DNA from: a virus
Taxonomy: Duplodnaviria; Caudoviricetes
Length of the DNA stretch: 64,000 nucleotides
Virus record (IMG/VR): IMGVR_UViG_2595698832_000001
Coordinates: 64,001 to 128,000 of that record
Strand: one strand, 5' to 3'
Shown here in pieces: positions 44,207 through 54,956 of this stretch. The first letter of the stretch is position 1. Every line of letters starts with the position of its first letter. The notes under the pieces are model-generated. The model did no database searches, was not told where the DNA came from, and was given only the letters and a program-made list of their open reading frames with translations. The position numbers and the translations under genes are program-made.

Positions 44207-44977
44207 ATGAACTTAATAATTGGTTTTGGTGTAGTCGGACAAAGCTTAGGAAATTATTTTGATTCTAAAGGCATTGAATATAATATAATAGATCCAAGAT
44301 TTAATGATAAAGATCTTAATGAAATTGGTTTAAATTGTTATAGCAAGATTTTTATATGCATTAATGTGTTAAATGATAATATCGATTCAAATCAAGACAC
44401 AAAAACATTATACGAAATTTTAAATACCATAGAATCAAAAGATTTTAGTGGTTTAGTTGTTATTAGATCAACATTGTTACCTAGTAATGTAGATTTTATA
44501 GAATCTGAATACAATTTAAAATTTGTAACCTGGCCAGAATTTCTAACAGAAGTTGAATCATTGAAACGAGCAAAATATCACGTGATAGGCGCTAATAATA
44601 TTATGTATGCTAAAGAAATTGCTGAATTAATAGATACGCCTTATGATTTTTGTAGTCTTAGAGAAGCAATGGAAGTTAAATACGCTAGAAATGCTTTAGG
44701 TGCTTTAAAGGTATTATTCTTTCACGAATTAAATGAAGCTGGGTTCAATGTTAGAAAAATAGAATTATTATTAAATGAGTTCGAAGATTTTGATTCTCAA
44801 GGATTAATGGCTAAGTTATGTGTAGATGGTAAAAAAGGTTTTGGTGGTAAATGTTTTCCTAAAGATGTCCAAGCACTGATGTTTGAGTCTAATAAACAAT
44901 CTAAACAAGCTGGAGATTTCTTTAGAAATATTTTAGAAGCTAATAATCGACTTAGATATTGTTATAAAAAATCATAA
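44207..44977 (+). CDS. UDP-glucose/GDP-mannose dehydrogenase-like protein (lacks C-terminal domain)
   Basis: IGFGVVG, IRST..P, PEFL, KYARN, GFGGKCFPKD. Confidence 0.85.
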   Translation: MNLIIGFGVVGQSLGNYFDSKGIEYNIIDPRFNDKDLNEIGLNCYSKIFICINVLNDNIDSNQDTKTLYEILNTIESKDFSGLVVIRSTLLPSNVDFIESEYNLKFVTWPEFLTEVESLKRAKYHVIGANNIMYAKEIAELIDTPYDFCSLREAMEVKYARNALGALKVLFFHELNEAGFNVRKIELLLNEFEDFDSQGLMAKLCVDGKKGFGGKCFPKDVQALMFESNKQSKQAGDFFRNILEANNRLRYCYKKS

Positions 44978-45001
44978 ATATATTAAATTTAAAGGTGTTA
45001 A

Positions 45002-45379
45002 ATGAATATGAATGTACAAAATCCAAAATTTTCTTTTACTGAAGATCAAACAAAACAAGTTCTTATGACAGCCTATCATCTAAGTCAAGCTTCAGAATAT
45101 ATTCAAGAAACTAACGGTATGATGTCTTTAATGTTTAATTCTATGGCTATTGAATTATTAGATCAAGCTGGTTTATCTCAAGCATTTTTAGATGAATTAG
45201 GATATACTAAAACAACTGAGCCTAAAATTCAACTTAATAAGAAAGAACAAGCAGAAGTAGACTCTTTATTTGATGAGATTTTAAATGGATCTAAATCTAC
45301 ACCAAATGTAGAAACTGAAGTTAAAGATTCAAAATACAATCACGAGAGTTGCGATTGTAACGATTCAAAAGGAATATAA
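45002..45379 (+). CDS. Hypothetical protein, first gene of the radical SAM operon
   Basis: 125-aa ORF; stop overlaps the next start. Confidence 0.6.
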   Translation: MNMNVQNPKFSFTEDQTKQVLMTAYHLSQASEYIQETNGMMSLMFNSMAIELLDQAGLSQAFLDELGYTKTTEPKIQLNKKEQAEVDSLFDEILNGSKSTPNVETEVKDSKYNHESCDCNDSKGI

Positions 45380-46227
45380 TGGTTCAACAAGAATTAAGAA
45401 AAATAATTTTTATATTATTTGATGAACGTTTACTTTCACAAGTTGTAGAAATGTTCGAAAAATACGAATATATCATAGAAAATAACCCAGAGGGTATAGA
45501 AACAAGAACTGCGTATTTAATTTCGAAAATATATACAACTGATGATAAATCTAAAGTTTTAGATTATTTAAAACAATTGGGTGAATTAGAAGCTACTGAT
45601 ATTTTTCCAGATATCAAAATGCTCCAATGTAAATTAGCTATGAATTGTTATGAAAACAATTTAATTGAATATAGTAAATTAATAGCAACATTTGATAAAA
45701 ATGATTTGGATTACGCACAAGCAAATAACCCAGTAGTTTACAACACACCAGCGTTGTACAGAGTTTCTATCAATGGTAAAGATTTTGATGATAATATTAA
45801 TAATATCAATAAATGTCTGACTTATTTAGGTGATAAGGTTGTATTTAGACAAACAATTGATAAAGTAGATAGACCAAGTTATAAAAATTATCTTAAGATT
45901 AGACATTCTTTAGAACTTGGTGATTATGATTATGGGTTTGATGCTGTTAAAGCATTACAAGAATTATTTTATCAAGAAGGTTTAGATGCTAAAATAAACT
46001 CTGTTAATTATAAAGAACTTTTAAGTGATTATATTATAATAATGGATTTTATGAGCGCTTTCCAATTACTTGGATATAAGTTTACCGATAAACCAGAATA
46101 TAACAAATTAAAGCAAATGTTTAAAGATATTATTATAGAATTAAGTGTAGATTCTTTATTAATTTTAGAAACTTCCCAAGAAAATGTTCTTAAAATTATT
46201 GCAGAAACTAAAAAAACGTACTTATAA
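45379..46227 (+). CDS. Hypothetical helical protein
   Basis: 282-aa ORF, translationally coupled. Confidence 0.6.
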   Translation: MVQQELRKIIFILFDERLLSQVVEMFEKYEYIIENNPEGIETRTAYLISKIYTTDDKSKVLDYLKQLGELEATDIFPDIKMLQCKLAMNCYENNLIEYSKLIATFDKNDLDYAQANNPVVYNTPALYRVSINGKDFDDNINNINKCLTYLGDKVVFRQTIDKVDRPSYKNYLKIRHSLELGDYDYGFDAVKALQELFYQEGLDAKINSVNYKELLSDYIIIMDFMSAFQLLGYKFTDKPEYNKLKQMFKDIIIELSVDSLLILETSQENVLKIIAETKKTYL

Positions 46228-46239
46228 ATGATGTAAAAT

Positions 46240-46521
46240 ATGATGCTAGTGAAGTTGATGCTTATTTGGGTCCAATTTTACAAAGGATTAAAGACAGTGG
46301 TAAAAGATTTAATAGATAAAAATCAAGCCGAAGTTCAGTTAAAAATACAAGATTTGCAAGACATCAGAGTGGGTATAAAATATGCTTTGCGTTGTGCTAA
46401 AAAGATTAGTTTAAATTCTGAATCTAACTCAAGTTTAGATTCGGATTTAAGCCAAGAAGAACTAAACTTTTTAGCTTGTTTAACTTGCTTACCTAAGACC
46501 AAAACTAAAAACAAAGGTTAA
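46240..46521 (+). CDS. Hypothetical protein
   Basis: 93-aa ORF ending 1 nt before the radical SAM start; start uncertain. Confidence 0.45.
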   Translation: MMLVKLMLIWVQFYKGLKTVVKDLIDKNQAEVQLKIQDLQDIRVGIKYALRCAKKISLNSESNSSLDSDLSQEELNFLACLTCLPKTKTKNKG

Positions 46522-46522
46522 A

Positions 46523-47626
46523 ATGGCAGGTAAACTAATAGTAGAATTTAGCTTAGATACTAAATGTAACTTAGCTTGTAAATATTGTTATAGTGCACAT
46601 ACACCACCAAACCCTATGTCTATAGACACAGCTATGAAATTCTTTGATAGAATTAATTATATGTTAGATTATTATGATAAAGATAGCTATCATATTTCAT
46701 ACTTTGGTGGGGAACCTTTATTAAACTGGGAAGTGATTGAAGCAACTTTACCAAAATTCCAAGAAGATCCAAGATGTACCAGCTATGTTGTGATAACTAA
46801 TGGTGCATTATTAGACCCTAAAAAAGTTCAGTTCTTAAAGGCTCATAATTGTGGAATTTCACTGAGTTTTGATGGTCTATGGCAAAATACTAATCGACCA
46901 GTGGTTGAAGGTACTTTTGAAGGAACTTTAGATTATTTTAAGCAAAACAAAGCATTAATTCATAGCATTACAGATACCTGTAAAGTTATGATACAACCCA
47001 AGAACTTCACAACAATGACTGAAAATTTTGAGTTTTTTGTTAACGATTATGAATTCTTAAGACCTGATTTTTGTTTAGTTCGTGATAACATTTATACTAA
47101 AAGTCAAATAGAAACATTTGCTATAGAAGTTGAAAGATTAGCACATAAAGTACTTGAATATCAACATAAAGGAATACCAGCAAGTGTAGGATTATTTGAT
47201 TTATATGCTTTAGATATTTTAGCAGGTGCTAGATTTGGTAAAAGAGACCACGGTTGTTTCGTAGGAAATAACGGTTGTTTATATGCGGTAGATGGTAAAT
47301 TCTGGCCTTGTGAGCGATACAGATCAACTAATAAAATGGTTCTATATAGTCCAGAATCTGGATTAAATCTAAAGAATCTTAAGTTTATGTCTAAATACGC
47401 TGACCCAAGAAAATTCAAGAAATGTATGAAGTGCGAAATTCGTGAGTATTGTAATGTTGGGTGTACGCACCAAGAAATGCGAGAAGCTAAATTCGAAGGT
47501 AGAGAACCAATAGATTCTGTATGTCATTTATTTAAACATTCTTTTAAGTGGGCTATGTTTGTTTTTAAGAACTCTACTAAAGAATACAAAGATTATCTAT
47601 ATAGAAGACTTGAAGTTGGATCTTGA
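46523..47626 (+). CDS. Radical SAM/SPASM-domain protein 2
   Basis: CNLACKYC, YFGGEPLL, ITNG, SLSFDG; SPASM GCFVG...WPCER...CMKC..REYCNVGC...C. Confidence 0.92.
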   Translation: MAGKLIVEFSLDTKCNLACKYCYSAHTPPNPMSIDTAMKFFDRINYMLDYYDKDSYHISYFGGEPLLNWEVIEATLPKFQEDPRCTSYVVITNGALLDPKKVQFLKAHNCGISLSFDGLWQNTNRPVVEGTFEGTLDYFKQNKALIHSITDTCKVMIQPKNFTTMTENFEFFVNDYEFLRPDFCLVRDNIYTKSQIETFAIEVERLAHKVLEYQHKGIPASVGLFDLYALDILAGARFGKRDHGCFVGNNGCLYAVDGKFWPCERYRSTNKMVLYSPESGLNLKNLKFMSKYADPRKFKKCMKCEIREYCNVGCTHQEMREAKFEGREPIDSVCHLFKHSFKWAMFVFKNSTKEYKDYLYRRLEVGS

Positions 47627-47708
47627 TACCTTTAGTATATCTAACGCTCGAGTGTTATTTTTAAAAGCCTTTAATCAAAATTTAAACAAAATTAGGATAT
47701 AATTAATT

Positions 47709-48041
47709 ATGGCAAATATATTCGAACAATTTACAAACTGTCTCAAAGACAAAGATTATAATGAGAGTTTAGGTTTTAATAGCTTTATGTTTTGTAGATT
47801 TTTAGGGTCAAGCCCTAGCACTTTACAATTAGCTAATGCTATTAATATATTATATAAAAGCTTACCAGATGAAGCACAATATAATTTAGTGAGATACACA
47901 AAAAATAAACCAAAATTTATAAGATTTGCGAAAGCGTTAGCTGAATCAGAATCTATCAAAGAAATACAATTAAAATATAAGGTAAATAAAGAAGTAGCTA
48001 AATTATATGCAAGTATTTTAGATTCTATGTGTAAATCTTAA
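47709..48041 (+). CDS. Clamp loader small subunit, T4 gp62-like
   Basis: FNSFMFCRFL...LPDEAQY...KFIRFAK...YKVNKEVAKLY pattern. Confidence 0.7.
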   Translation: MANIFEQFTNCLKDKDYNESLGFNSFMFCRFLGSSPSTLQLANAINILYKSLPDEAQYNLVRYTKNKPKFIRFAKALAESESIKEIQLKYKVNKEVAKLYASILDSMCKS

Positions 48042-48046
48042 TCAAA

Positions 48047-48063
48047 GGAGCTATATTAGCTCC
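48047..48063. terminator. Bidirectional terminator between convergent genes
   Basis: GGAGCTA-TAT-TAGCTCC. Confidence 0.6.
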
Positions 48064-48068
48064 AATAA

Positions 48069-48674
48069 TTAAAACATTACACTCCATTGAATTCTGAATG
48101 CAACTGTTGATTCTTTTACTTTACCTTTAAAGGTTCTCATAGCAATTAAATTTGTACCACTATACAAACCAGCTTCAGTATAAACTACACCATCATTAGC
48201 ACAGTTAAAAGCATCTTGCGCAATATTAATAGTATAAGTTACTACAGGCTCTGCTTGCTCAATACCAGTAACTGTAATATCTACTGTAGAGTTATTATTA
48301 GCACCATCCTGAACGTTTGTGGCAGCAGTGTTAACCATATTACCACTTGGTGTAAAAATTACTTGGTTCCAAGTTCTATTAATATCACCTTGTTCTTGAC
48401 CACTGAAAATATCAGTAACAGACGCAGTAAATCCAGTAGTTTCATCCTTTGGTGTTAAAATATCAGAACCTTGATGTCCTTTAGTACCCATAACAAATCT
48501 ATTAACAGCATTACTTTCATTGATACCGGCAATCAATTTAGCAAATTCAGCTCTTGCCACATTTGTAATAAGATTTTTCTGTTCGAATTTATCAATAACA
48601 TTACCATTAGCATCTAAACTTTCAATACAAAAATAACCTCTGGCAGGTGTTTTTTGAGCTTCTTTAAAATTCAT
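48069..48674 (-). CDS. Tail-collar/baseplate-attachment-like structural protein
   Basis: KNLITNVAR, TEAGLY, LIAMRTF..KVK, IQWSV pattern; late motif upstream. Confidence 0.55.
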   Translation of the reverse strand: MNFKEAQKTPARGYFCIESLDANGNVIDKFEQKNLITNVARAEFAKLIAGINESNAVNRFVMGTKGHQGSDILTPKDETTGFTASVTDIFSGQEQGDINRTWNQVIFTPSGNMVNTAATNVQDGANNNSTVDITVTGIEQAEPVVTYTINIAQDAFNCANDGVVYTEAGLYSGTNLIAMRTFKGKVKESTVAFRIQWSVMF

Positions 48675-49068
48675 ATTAGGCCTTTATGGTTTTTTTTGAT
48701 ATATTTATTTAGTAATAAAGATATAAACTTCATATAAAACTTATAAAAAATTATAAAATTCTGTATAAGATTTTATAAAAAGTTTCCTGAAAACTCTAGA
48801 TGAATCTACTTCATCTAGAGAAACTCTATATCTCACTTTAGAATTTTTTACAAAAGAATACATCTCCATAAAACTATTAAAAGACTCTTTAATACCGATT
48901 TCTTCCAATGATAGATAATAAAGATTTCTATCTTTTTCATAGTTTCCAAAGATGTTATATCTTATTTATATAATTTATCTTATTATTTTGATTCATTTTA
49001 TTAAAGAAAACAGAGATATTTATATTGTCTTTATAATTATAAATAAAGTCCTATAAATAAAACAAAAA

Positions 49069-50589
49069 GTGAATACAATGCAAAAAGATCAAATTGATAT
49101 ATCTATATTAAATGCAAACAAATATTTAACTAGCCAAGCAAGAAAAGAAGCTTTTATCTATGATAAAGTTAAAGTAGAAGAAAAATATGATGGTATTAAA
49201 GTAACTATAGTTCATATAGATAAAACTGGTGATTATAAACAAGATTTTATTGTTTCATACAAATCCAATATTATATATCCTGATGAGTTTGAATACGCAG
49301 TCAAATCCAAAATAAGACCTGAAAGCATTAATAATTCACAATTTACATTTATTTTCGATATTCTTAAAAAATGTGATTCAAAGAGTTTACCTTTAAATTA
49401 TGAATTCTTTGTAGAATTCTTGATGAAAAAACCTACGTTACAACATAAGTATAAGAAGATGGGTGCAATTTTATTAGCTTATAGCCCTTGTACTTATGAA
49501 GTCAAATTTGGGAGATTATTCACAAAACCAAAAGGTTTCTATACAGATTCAAGAGAAACTTATGCTAAGAAATTAGGATTTGATTACCCAAGAACTATAT
49601 TTGAAGGTAATTTCGCTAATTTTGAACGTGGTATCAAATCACAAGAACTCAATGATATTTTTAGAACTTATAAAAATATTCTTAAAATAGAAAACATAGA
49701 TTTATATATACAACAAATATCTGAAATGTTTCTTAAAATGGAATCTAAGTATGGTGGTAAACCTGAAGGTTATGTTTTAACTTATCCCGGATTCTTATTA
49801 AAAATTCAACAACCTTATCAAGTGGATCCTAAAGCAAGAGCAGAAACACGTTCACAATATCAAGGAGATCCTGATACTGAAAATGCTTATTGGGCTAACG
49901 TTAGATTAGCAGCTTTAAATATTATTGGAGCTAGTAATATTAAAGGTTCTTTAAACGAAATACTTCAAAGGTATGGAGAAGCTCTTAAGAAATATAAGTT
50001 GAATTTTACACATCCTAAAAAGACACAATTTCAAATAAAAGATGATATTCAAGGTAATATCAAAATGATCGTTATTAAAAGACTTAAAGGAAATAATAAC
50101 TTTTTATTCTTAGGCAAGTTTAGAATTTTAACTAAAGCTCATTATAATATTATTAAAAATGGATTAAAAAAATACGATAATGGTGTAGTCTGTTTGGTAA
50201 CTTCAAAAGATACTAAAGAATTTGAAGATCTTAGATTAGAAATGTTAAAATCTTGTTTTCCTGAAATTGAAATTATACAACATAGTACAGGAAATATTAT
50301 TAGTATTATGAATAAATCTAAAATGAATATAAATGCTATTTTATGTGGTAGTGATAGATATAATGACTATGTAAACCAATTAAGAGCTAACCCAGATATT
50401 CAAGTTGTCGAAACGCCTAGAGATACTGGCGCTATTTCTGCAACTGCAGTAATTGAGAATCTAAATTCAGAAATTTTCTTTAAAAGAAATACACCAAGTG
50501 AAATACATTCTATGTATAATAAAATATTAAAAAGATTTAAAAGCTTAGGTTTAGTATCATATTTGTCTAAAGAACCAGAAAATAAATAA
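49069..50589 (+). CDS. Fusion of a ligase-type nucleotidyltransferase domain and a cytidylyltransferase-like domain
   Basis: N-part EEKYDG...EF...EGYV..K; C-part GKFRILTKAH, GSDR, ISAT. Confidence 0.65.
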   Translation: MNTMQKDQIDISILNANKYLTSQARKEAFIYDKVKVEEKYDGIKVTIVHIDKTGDYKQDFIVSYKSNIIYPDEFEYAVKSKIRPESINNSQFTFIFDILKKCDSKSLPLNYEFFVEFLMKKPTLQHKYKKMGAILLAYSPCTYEVKFGRLFTKPKGFYTDSRETYAKKLGFDYPRTIFEGNFANFERGIKSQELNDIFRTYKNILKIENIDLYIQQISEMFLKMESKYGGKPEGYVLTYPGFLLKIQQPYQVDPKARAETRSQYQGDPDTENAYWANVRLAALNIIGASNIKGSLNEILQRYGEALKKYKLNFTHPKKTQFQIKDDIQGNIKMIVIKRLKGNNNFLFLGKFRILTKAHYNIIKNGLKKYDNGVVCLVTSKDTKEFEDLRLEMLKSCFPEIEIIQHSTGNIISIMNKSKMNINAILCGSDRYNDYVNQLRANPDIQVVETPRDTGAISATAVIENLNSEIFFKRNTPSEIHSMYNKILKRFKSLGLVSYLSKEPENK

Positions 50590-50615
50590 CAAAAAATAGA
50601 CGGGCAAGGTTTAAA

Positions 50616-51804
50616 ATGACTGAGTTAAGATTAAATGTAGATTCTAAAGATATCATAGAAGCGGGAGATTATAAATCTACCCAAAGAGGTATGTTAACAT
50701 TTTCTAAAAATGCTGTGTATTTAGGTGATGGTAACAAAGCTAATAAAATTATAGATGCAGAAAGCTTAAAAACCGAAATAGAAAAAAGTTCAAAATAATG
50801 TAAATAACACTATAACTCAGCAAATACAAAACGTAAATAACACTATAACTCAAGTTCAAAACACACCTGCAGTTCAATTTTTAAACATATGTGATAATGC
50901 GACTGATTTAGCCACGTTAAAATCAAGTGTTACATTAAAAAATGTTTTTGATAATTGGGTAAGACATTCTATTATGAATTCTGCTAGTGGTCCTAAATTA
51001 GATGATGATGCTGGTCAAGCAGAAGCTGCTAAATGGTCTTACATAGAAGCAGAAGATGCTATAGCAAGTAATATAAATTCAAGTTATTATAATATGTTTT
51101 TAAGTAATGACGTCAAAGATACTTATAGTGTGCAAATATCAGCTGTGGGTCAAGATGATGATGATGATGTTTTAAGTATTGTTGTAGCAGCTAAAATGAT
51201 CAATGGTAAATTATATACATTAAGCGCAGTGAGATCTTTACAATTAAACGCTTTACCAGGTGGTACTTCGTGGGGTTTATTTTTTAATTATTGTGGCAAC
51301 AATGAAGAACCTTATACAACTTATAGGTTATTAGCTTCTAAAGGCAATATTACAGATAATTATCCTAAAACAATTTGGCAAGCAGGTAAACATTTATTAA
51401 AAGTGGCTAGAACTAAAAATAGAGTACAATGTTGGACTTCAGATCTAAACCAAGCATTGGATGACAACTCATTAATTGATTATACATTACCAACAACAAA
51501 ACCTAGTGTTTTATCCGATAATGAATTTAATATATTGAAAGAATTATTAAATTCACCTTGTCAAATGGGTTTTGGTAATTGGTCTCAAAATATTAAATTT
51601 TATTTTGATTCACAATCAGGTGTGTATGATGATACTATAATAGATATATCAAACAATCAAAAATGGACATATAATAGTTCTAATAAAACTTGGGTGTCAT
51701 CTACATTAGATAACTCAACAATACCAGAAAATGTTTTAATTAGTTCTAAGAAAACTAAAAAATTGTTTTATAATAATGGTATTGAAATATCAAGTTTAAA
51801 CTAG
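50616..51804 (+). CDS. Probable structural/fibre protein with a lectin-like beta domain (frameshift ~50790)
   Basis: VYLGDG N-terminal fibre motif, NVNNTITQ repeats, DDDDVLSIV motif; late motif upstream. Confidence 0.5.
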
Positions 51805-51814
51805 GATTTAACAC

Positions 51815-52018
51815 TTGTCAAACCATTTAATTAAAACTTTCTTAAATATGACTATAGCCGTATCAGTAGGTATAATTTGTTTTTTAATTGATTTTTATAT
51901 ACATCATACATTATCTTGGAAAATGTTCTTAATATTTTGTATAATAACCATATATTATGATATTAAATTAATTTGTGATGTTGTTAATGAACCGTCAAAT
52001 ACTAATATAAAAACATAA
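51815..52018 (+). CDS. Small two-TM membrane protein
   Basis: Two hydrophobic segments. Confidence 0.4.
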   Translation: MSNHLIKTFLNMTIAVSVGIICFLIDFYIHHTLSWKMFLIFCIITIYYDIKLICDVVNEPSNTNIKT

Positions 52019-52129
52019 AATATAAAGACTAAAAAATAGCAAGATTTAAAACCTCGAGAACTAAAAACTTATGAAATAGAAGAACTTATAGTTCTAAATA
52101 CAAAAACTGCAAAAGAACTCAGAGATTCT

Positions 52130-52572
52130 ATGGTAGAATCAAACCCAATTTGTCCTTTATGCGGTTCTAAGATCTTCAATCCTGTACTTGATCACAAACA
52201 TAGTAAAAAACAAGAAAATTTAGGTGTACAAGGCGCTGGCTTAGTCAGAAATGTTATTTGCAGTACTTGTAATATTTTCTTAGGTAAAATGGAAAATAAT
52301 TATAAAAGATATAGAATTCAAAACTTGTCTGATTTTTTTAAGAAATGCTGCAAATTATTTGGAAACTGATACAACACCATATGTATACCCAAGCGAAGAC
52401 AAAAAAATTAAAAGAAATGTTTCCGAAGTCTTTATATAATAAACTGATTAAAGCAATTCATTTAGAAACCAAAAAAGATATTAATTATATTAAAAAGAAA
52501 ATTAAGCACACAAAATATCTTAGCCAAAAAACAAAAGATTTATTAATATCTTATGGTTTATATAAAATCTAA
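52130..52572 (+). CDS. Recombination endonuclease VII, T4 gp49-like (frameshift ~52335; true start may be upstream)
   Basis: CPLC, VLDHKH, GLVRNVICSTCNIFLGKME. Confidence 0.85.
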
Positions 52573-52598
52573 AACATAAATACTAAAAAAGGTTAATA

Positions 52599-54280
52599 AT
52601 GGGGTTATTAGAAAGTATAAAAAATAGTATTATAGGTGAAAAAATAGATAGACCATTCTTAGAACAACCTATTAATAAAATAGATACTACAGTTCCATTC
52701 GGTAGAGTAATAAACACTTTATCTGATGATGAACCTTTAAGATTCCAAACCTTTTTTTGATAATGTAAATGACATAACTTATGTTGATAATCTACAAAAA
52801 GCATCAGAACAAGCTCAAAAAATTGATATCTACAGACAAACTGCTAAGATTGCTGAATGTTGGAGTGGTTTAACAGAAATTGTGGACGAAGTCGCATATT
52901 GTAGAGATTTCAAAGATCCTATTAAATTAGAAGTTGATACTTCGAATAAGAAAATAGACATAGCAATATCTAATGCTTTTGAAAAAATAATGAAATTATT
53001 TGGAACCCAAAAATATCTACATTCTTTTATCAGACAATCTTATATAGACGGCCAAATGAATATATTAATTAAATACCACGATGATAAGAAAAAAGGTATA
53101 AAAGAATTATATTATTTAGATCCTAGATATCTTTGGTATGATTTAACAGATTCTAAATACAAATACATAGATATAAATTCTTCAGTAGCTCTTAAAAATA
53201 ATTTCTTAGGAAATCAAAGATATATCAATATCAATGGTAAAGCTCCAGTTCGAATAGATCAAGCTGCTTTAGAATACGATATAGAAGAAATAGTTCATCA
53301 AAATTTTGGTTTGTTTTCAGATTCTGGTATTTGTTTAAGTGAATTAGAAGCTTCTGTTAAAACAGCTAATCAATTAAAAACACTTGAAGATTTGTTAATA
53401 CCTTTAAGATTTTCAAGATCAATTTCAAGACGTGTGTTTAATATAGATTTAAGTGAATTACCTAATTCTAAAGCAGAAGCTTATATGAGGGATTTGACTA
53501 ATAAGTTCAAATATAAAAAACAATACAATCCAGAAACTGGTGAAGTAACTAATAACCAACATATCGTCACTATGGTCGAAGATTATTGGATTGGTAATAA
53601 AGCTGGTGCTAAAGGTATGCAAGTAGATATCTTAGACGAAACTGGTAACTTAGGAGAACTTGGTGATATTATGTTCTTCTACAAGTTATTATATAGATCT
53701 ATGGGAATACCAGTTAATAGAATCTACTTAGATGACCAATCACAACAACCATTATTTGATTTGCAAGCAGATGCTATCACAAACGAAGACATCAAATTCT
53801 TACCAAAAAATAACTAGGATTCGCCAAGTATACACTGAATTCTTTATGCAAATTCTAAAAAGAGAATTAATTTGTACTAAAGTTTGTACTGAAAAACAAT
53901 TTCAAGAACTTAAAGATTCTATTAATATATACTTTAGTGAAGAAAATCAATTTATTGAAAGAATGAACCTAACATTGTTTATGAAACGTATAGATGCATT
54001 CTCAACAGCTAAAGATTTTGGAGGAACAGTTTTACCTGTAGATACGTTATATAAAGAAATCTTTAGATTTAATGATGCTGAAATTAAAAAGAATCTTAAA
54101 GCTATTCAAAAAGAATCTAAGAATCCATTGTATAAACAATTTTACAGAGATTTTGAAAGTGGGGATGAATTCAGTTCAGATTCTGATTCTAATGATGAAC
54201 CTAAATACGACGATTCTAATAACAATGTTGATAATACAGATACCGAAGAAGAATATGATAAAACCGGTTTATACTATTAA
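52599..54280 (+). CDS. Portal protein, T4 gp20-like (frameshifts ~52755-52870 and ~53805)
   Basis: YIDG, LDPR, KTANQLKTLED, RRVFNID..LP..KAE.Y, MVEDYW, GNLGE..DI.FF. Confidence 0.92.
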
Positions 54281-54373
54281 AAAAGACTCATTGATTTAAA
54301 ACTTTAGTTACATTCAGAAATTTTTAAGTTATATTATATTATAATTATTTCATTAAAATATAAAGGAGTTTAA

Positions 54374-54892
54374 ATGAAATTAATAGATGGTTATTATGTA
54401 GATTCAAACAATAATAAATGGGATGCTTCTAGGTATACAGAAGAGCAAGCTATAAAAGTTTCTAATTCATTAATTGATTGCTATGATTGTACAGATTGCT
54501 ACGATTGTAACGAATGTGAAAATTGTATTAGCTGTATAAGATGTGTTGGTTGTATAGATTGTGAAGAATGTGAAACTTGTATGAGATGTATTGGTTGTAA
54601 AGAATGTATAAGGTGTATTGGTTGTAACGAATGTATAGATTGTGTAGAATGTGAAGTTTGTGATTGTTGTGAAGTTTGCGATTGTTGCTATTGTTGTAAA
54701 TATTGCATTAAATGTTTTGATTGTAAAGAATGTGCAAGATGTTCAGAATGTGCAAGATGTTCAGAATGTACAAGATGTTCAGAATGTAAAGAATGTACAA
54801 GATGCATAGATTGTGTAAGATGTGAGTTTTGTATAGATTGTGCAGAATGTTCAGAATGTTCTAACATTAAAACATTAAAATGTTATAGCTAG
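54374..54892 (+). CDS. Cys-rich (Cxx)n repeat protein A
   Basis: ~35-aa Cys-free leader, then Cys at every third residue; own promoter and RBS. Confidence 0.8.
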   Translation: MKLIDGYYVDSNNNKWDASRYTEEQAIKVSNSLIDCYDCTDCYDCNECENCISCIRCVGCIDCEECETCMRCIGCKECIRCIGCNECIDCVECEVCDCCEVCDCCYCCKYCIKCFDCKECARCSECARCSECTRCSECKECTRCIDCVRCEFCIDCAECSECSNIKTLKCYS

Positions 54893-54956
54893 AACTTCAG
54901 AAATTTTTAAGTTCAATTATATTATAATTATTTCATTAAAATATAAAGGAGCAAAA

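Noticed and set aside
52583-52804. Minus-strand ORF, and similar antisense ORFs at 4990, 7805, 9461, 16577, 17029, 25808, 27388, 28646, 35369, 36172, 43202, 47161
   Set aside because: Antisense to well-supported genes, with no motifs or RBS
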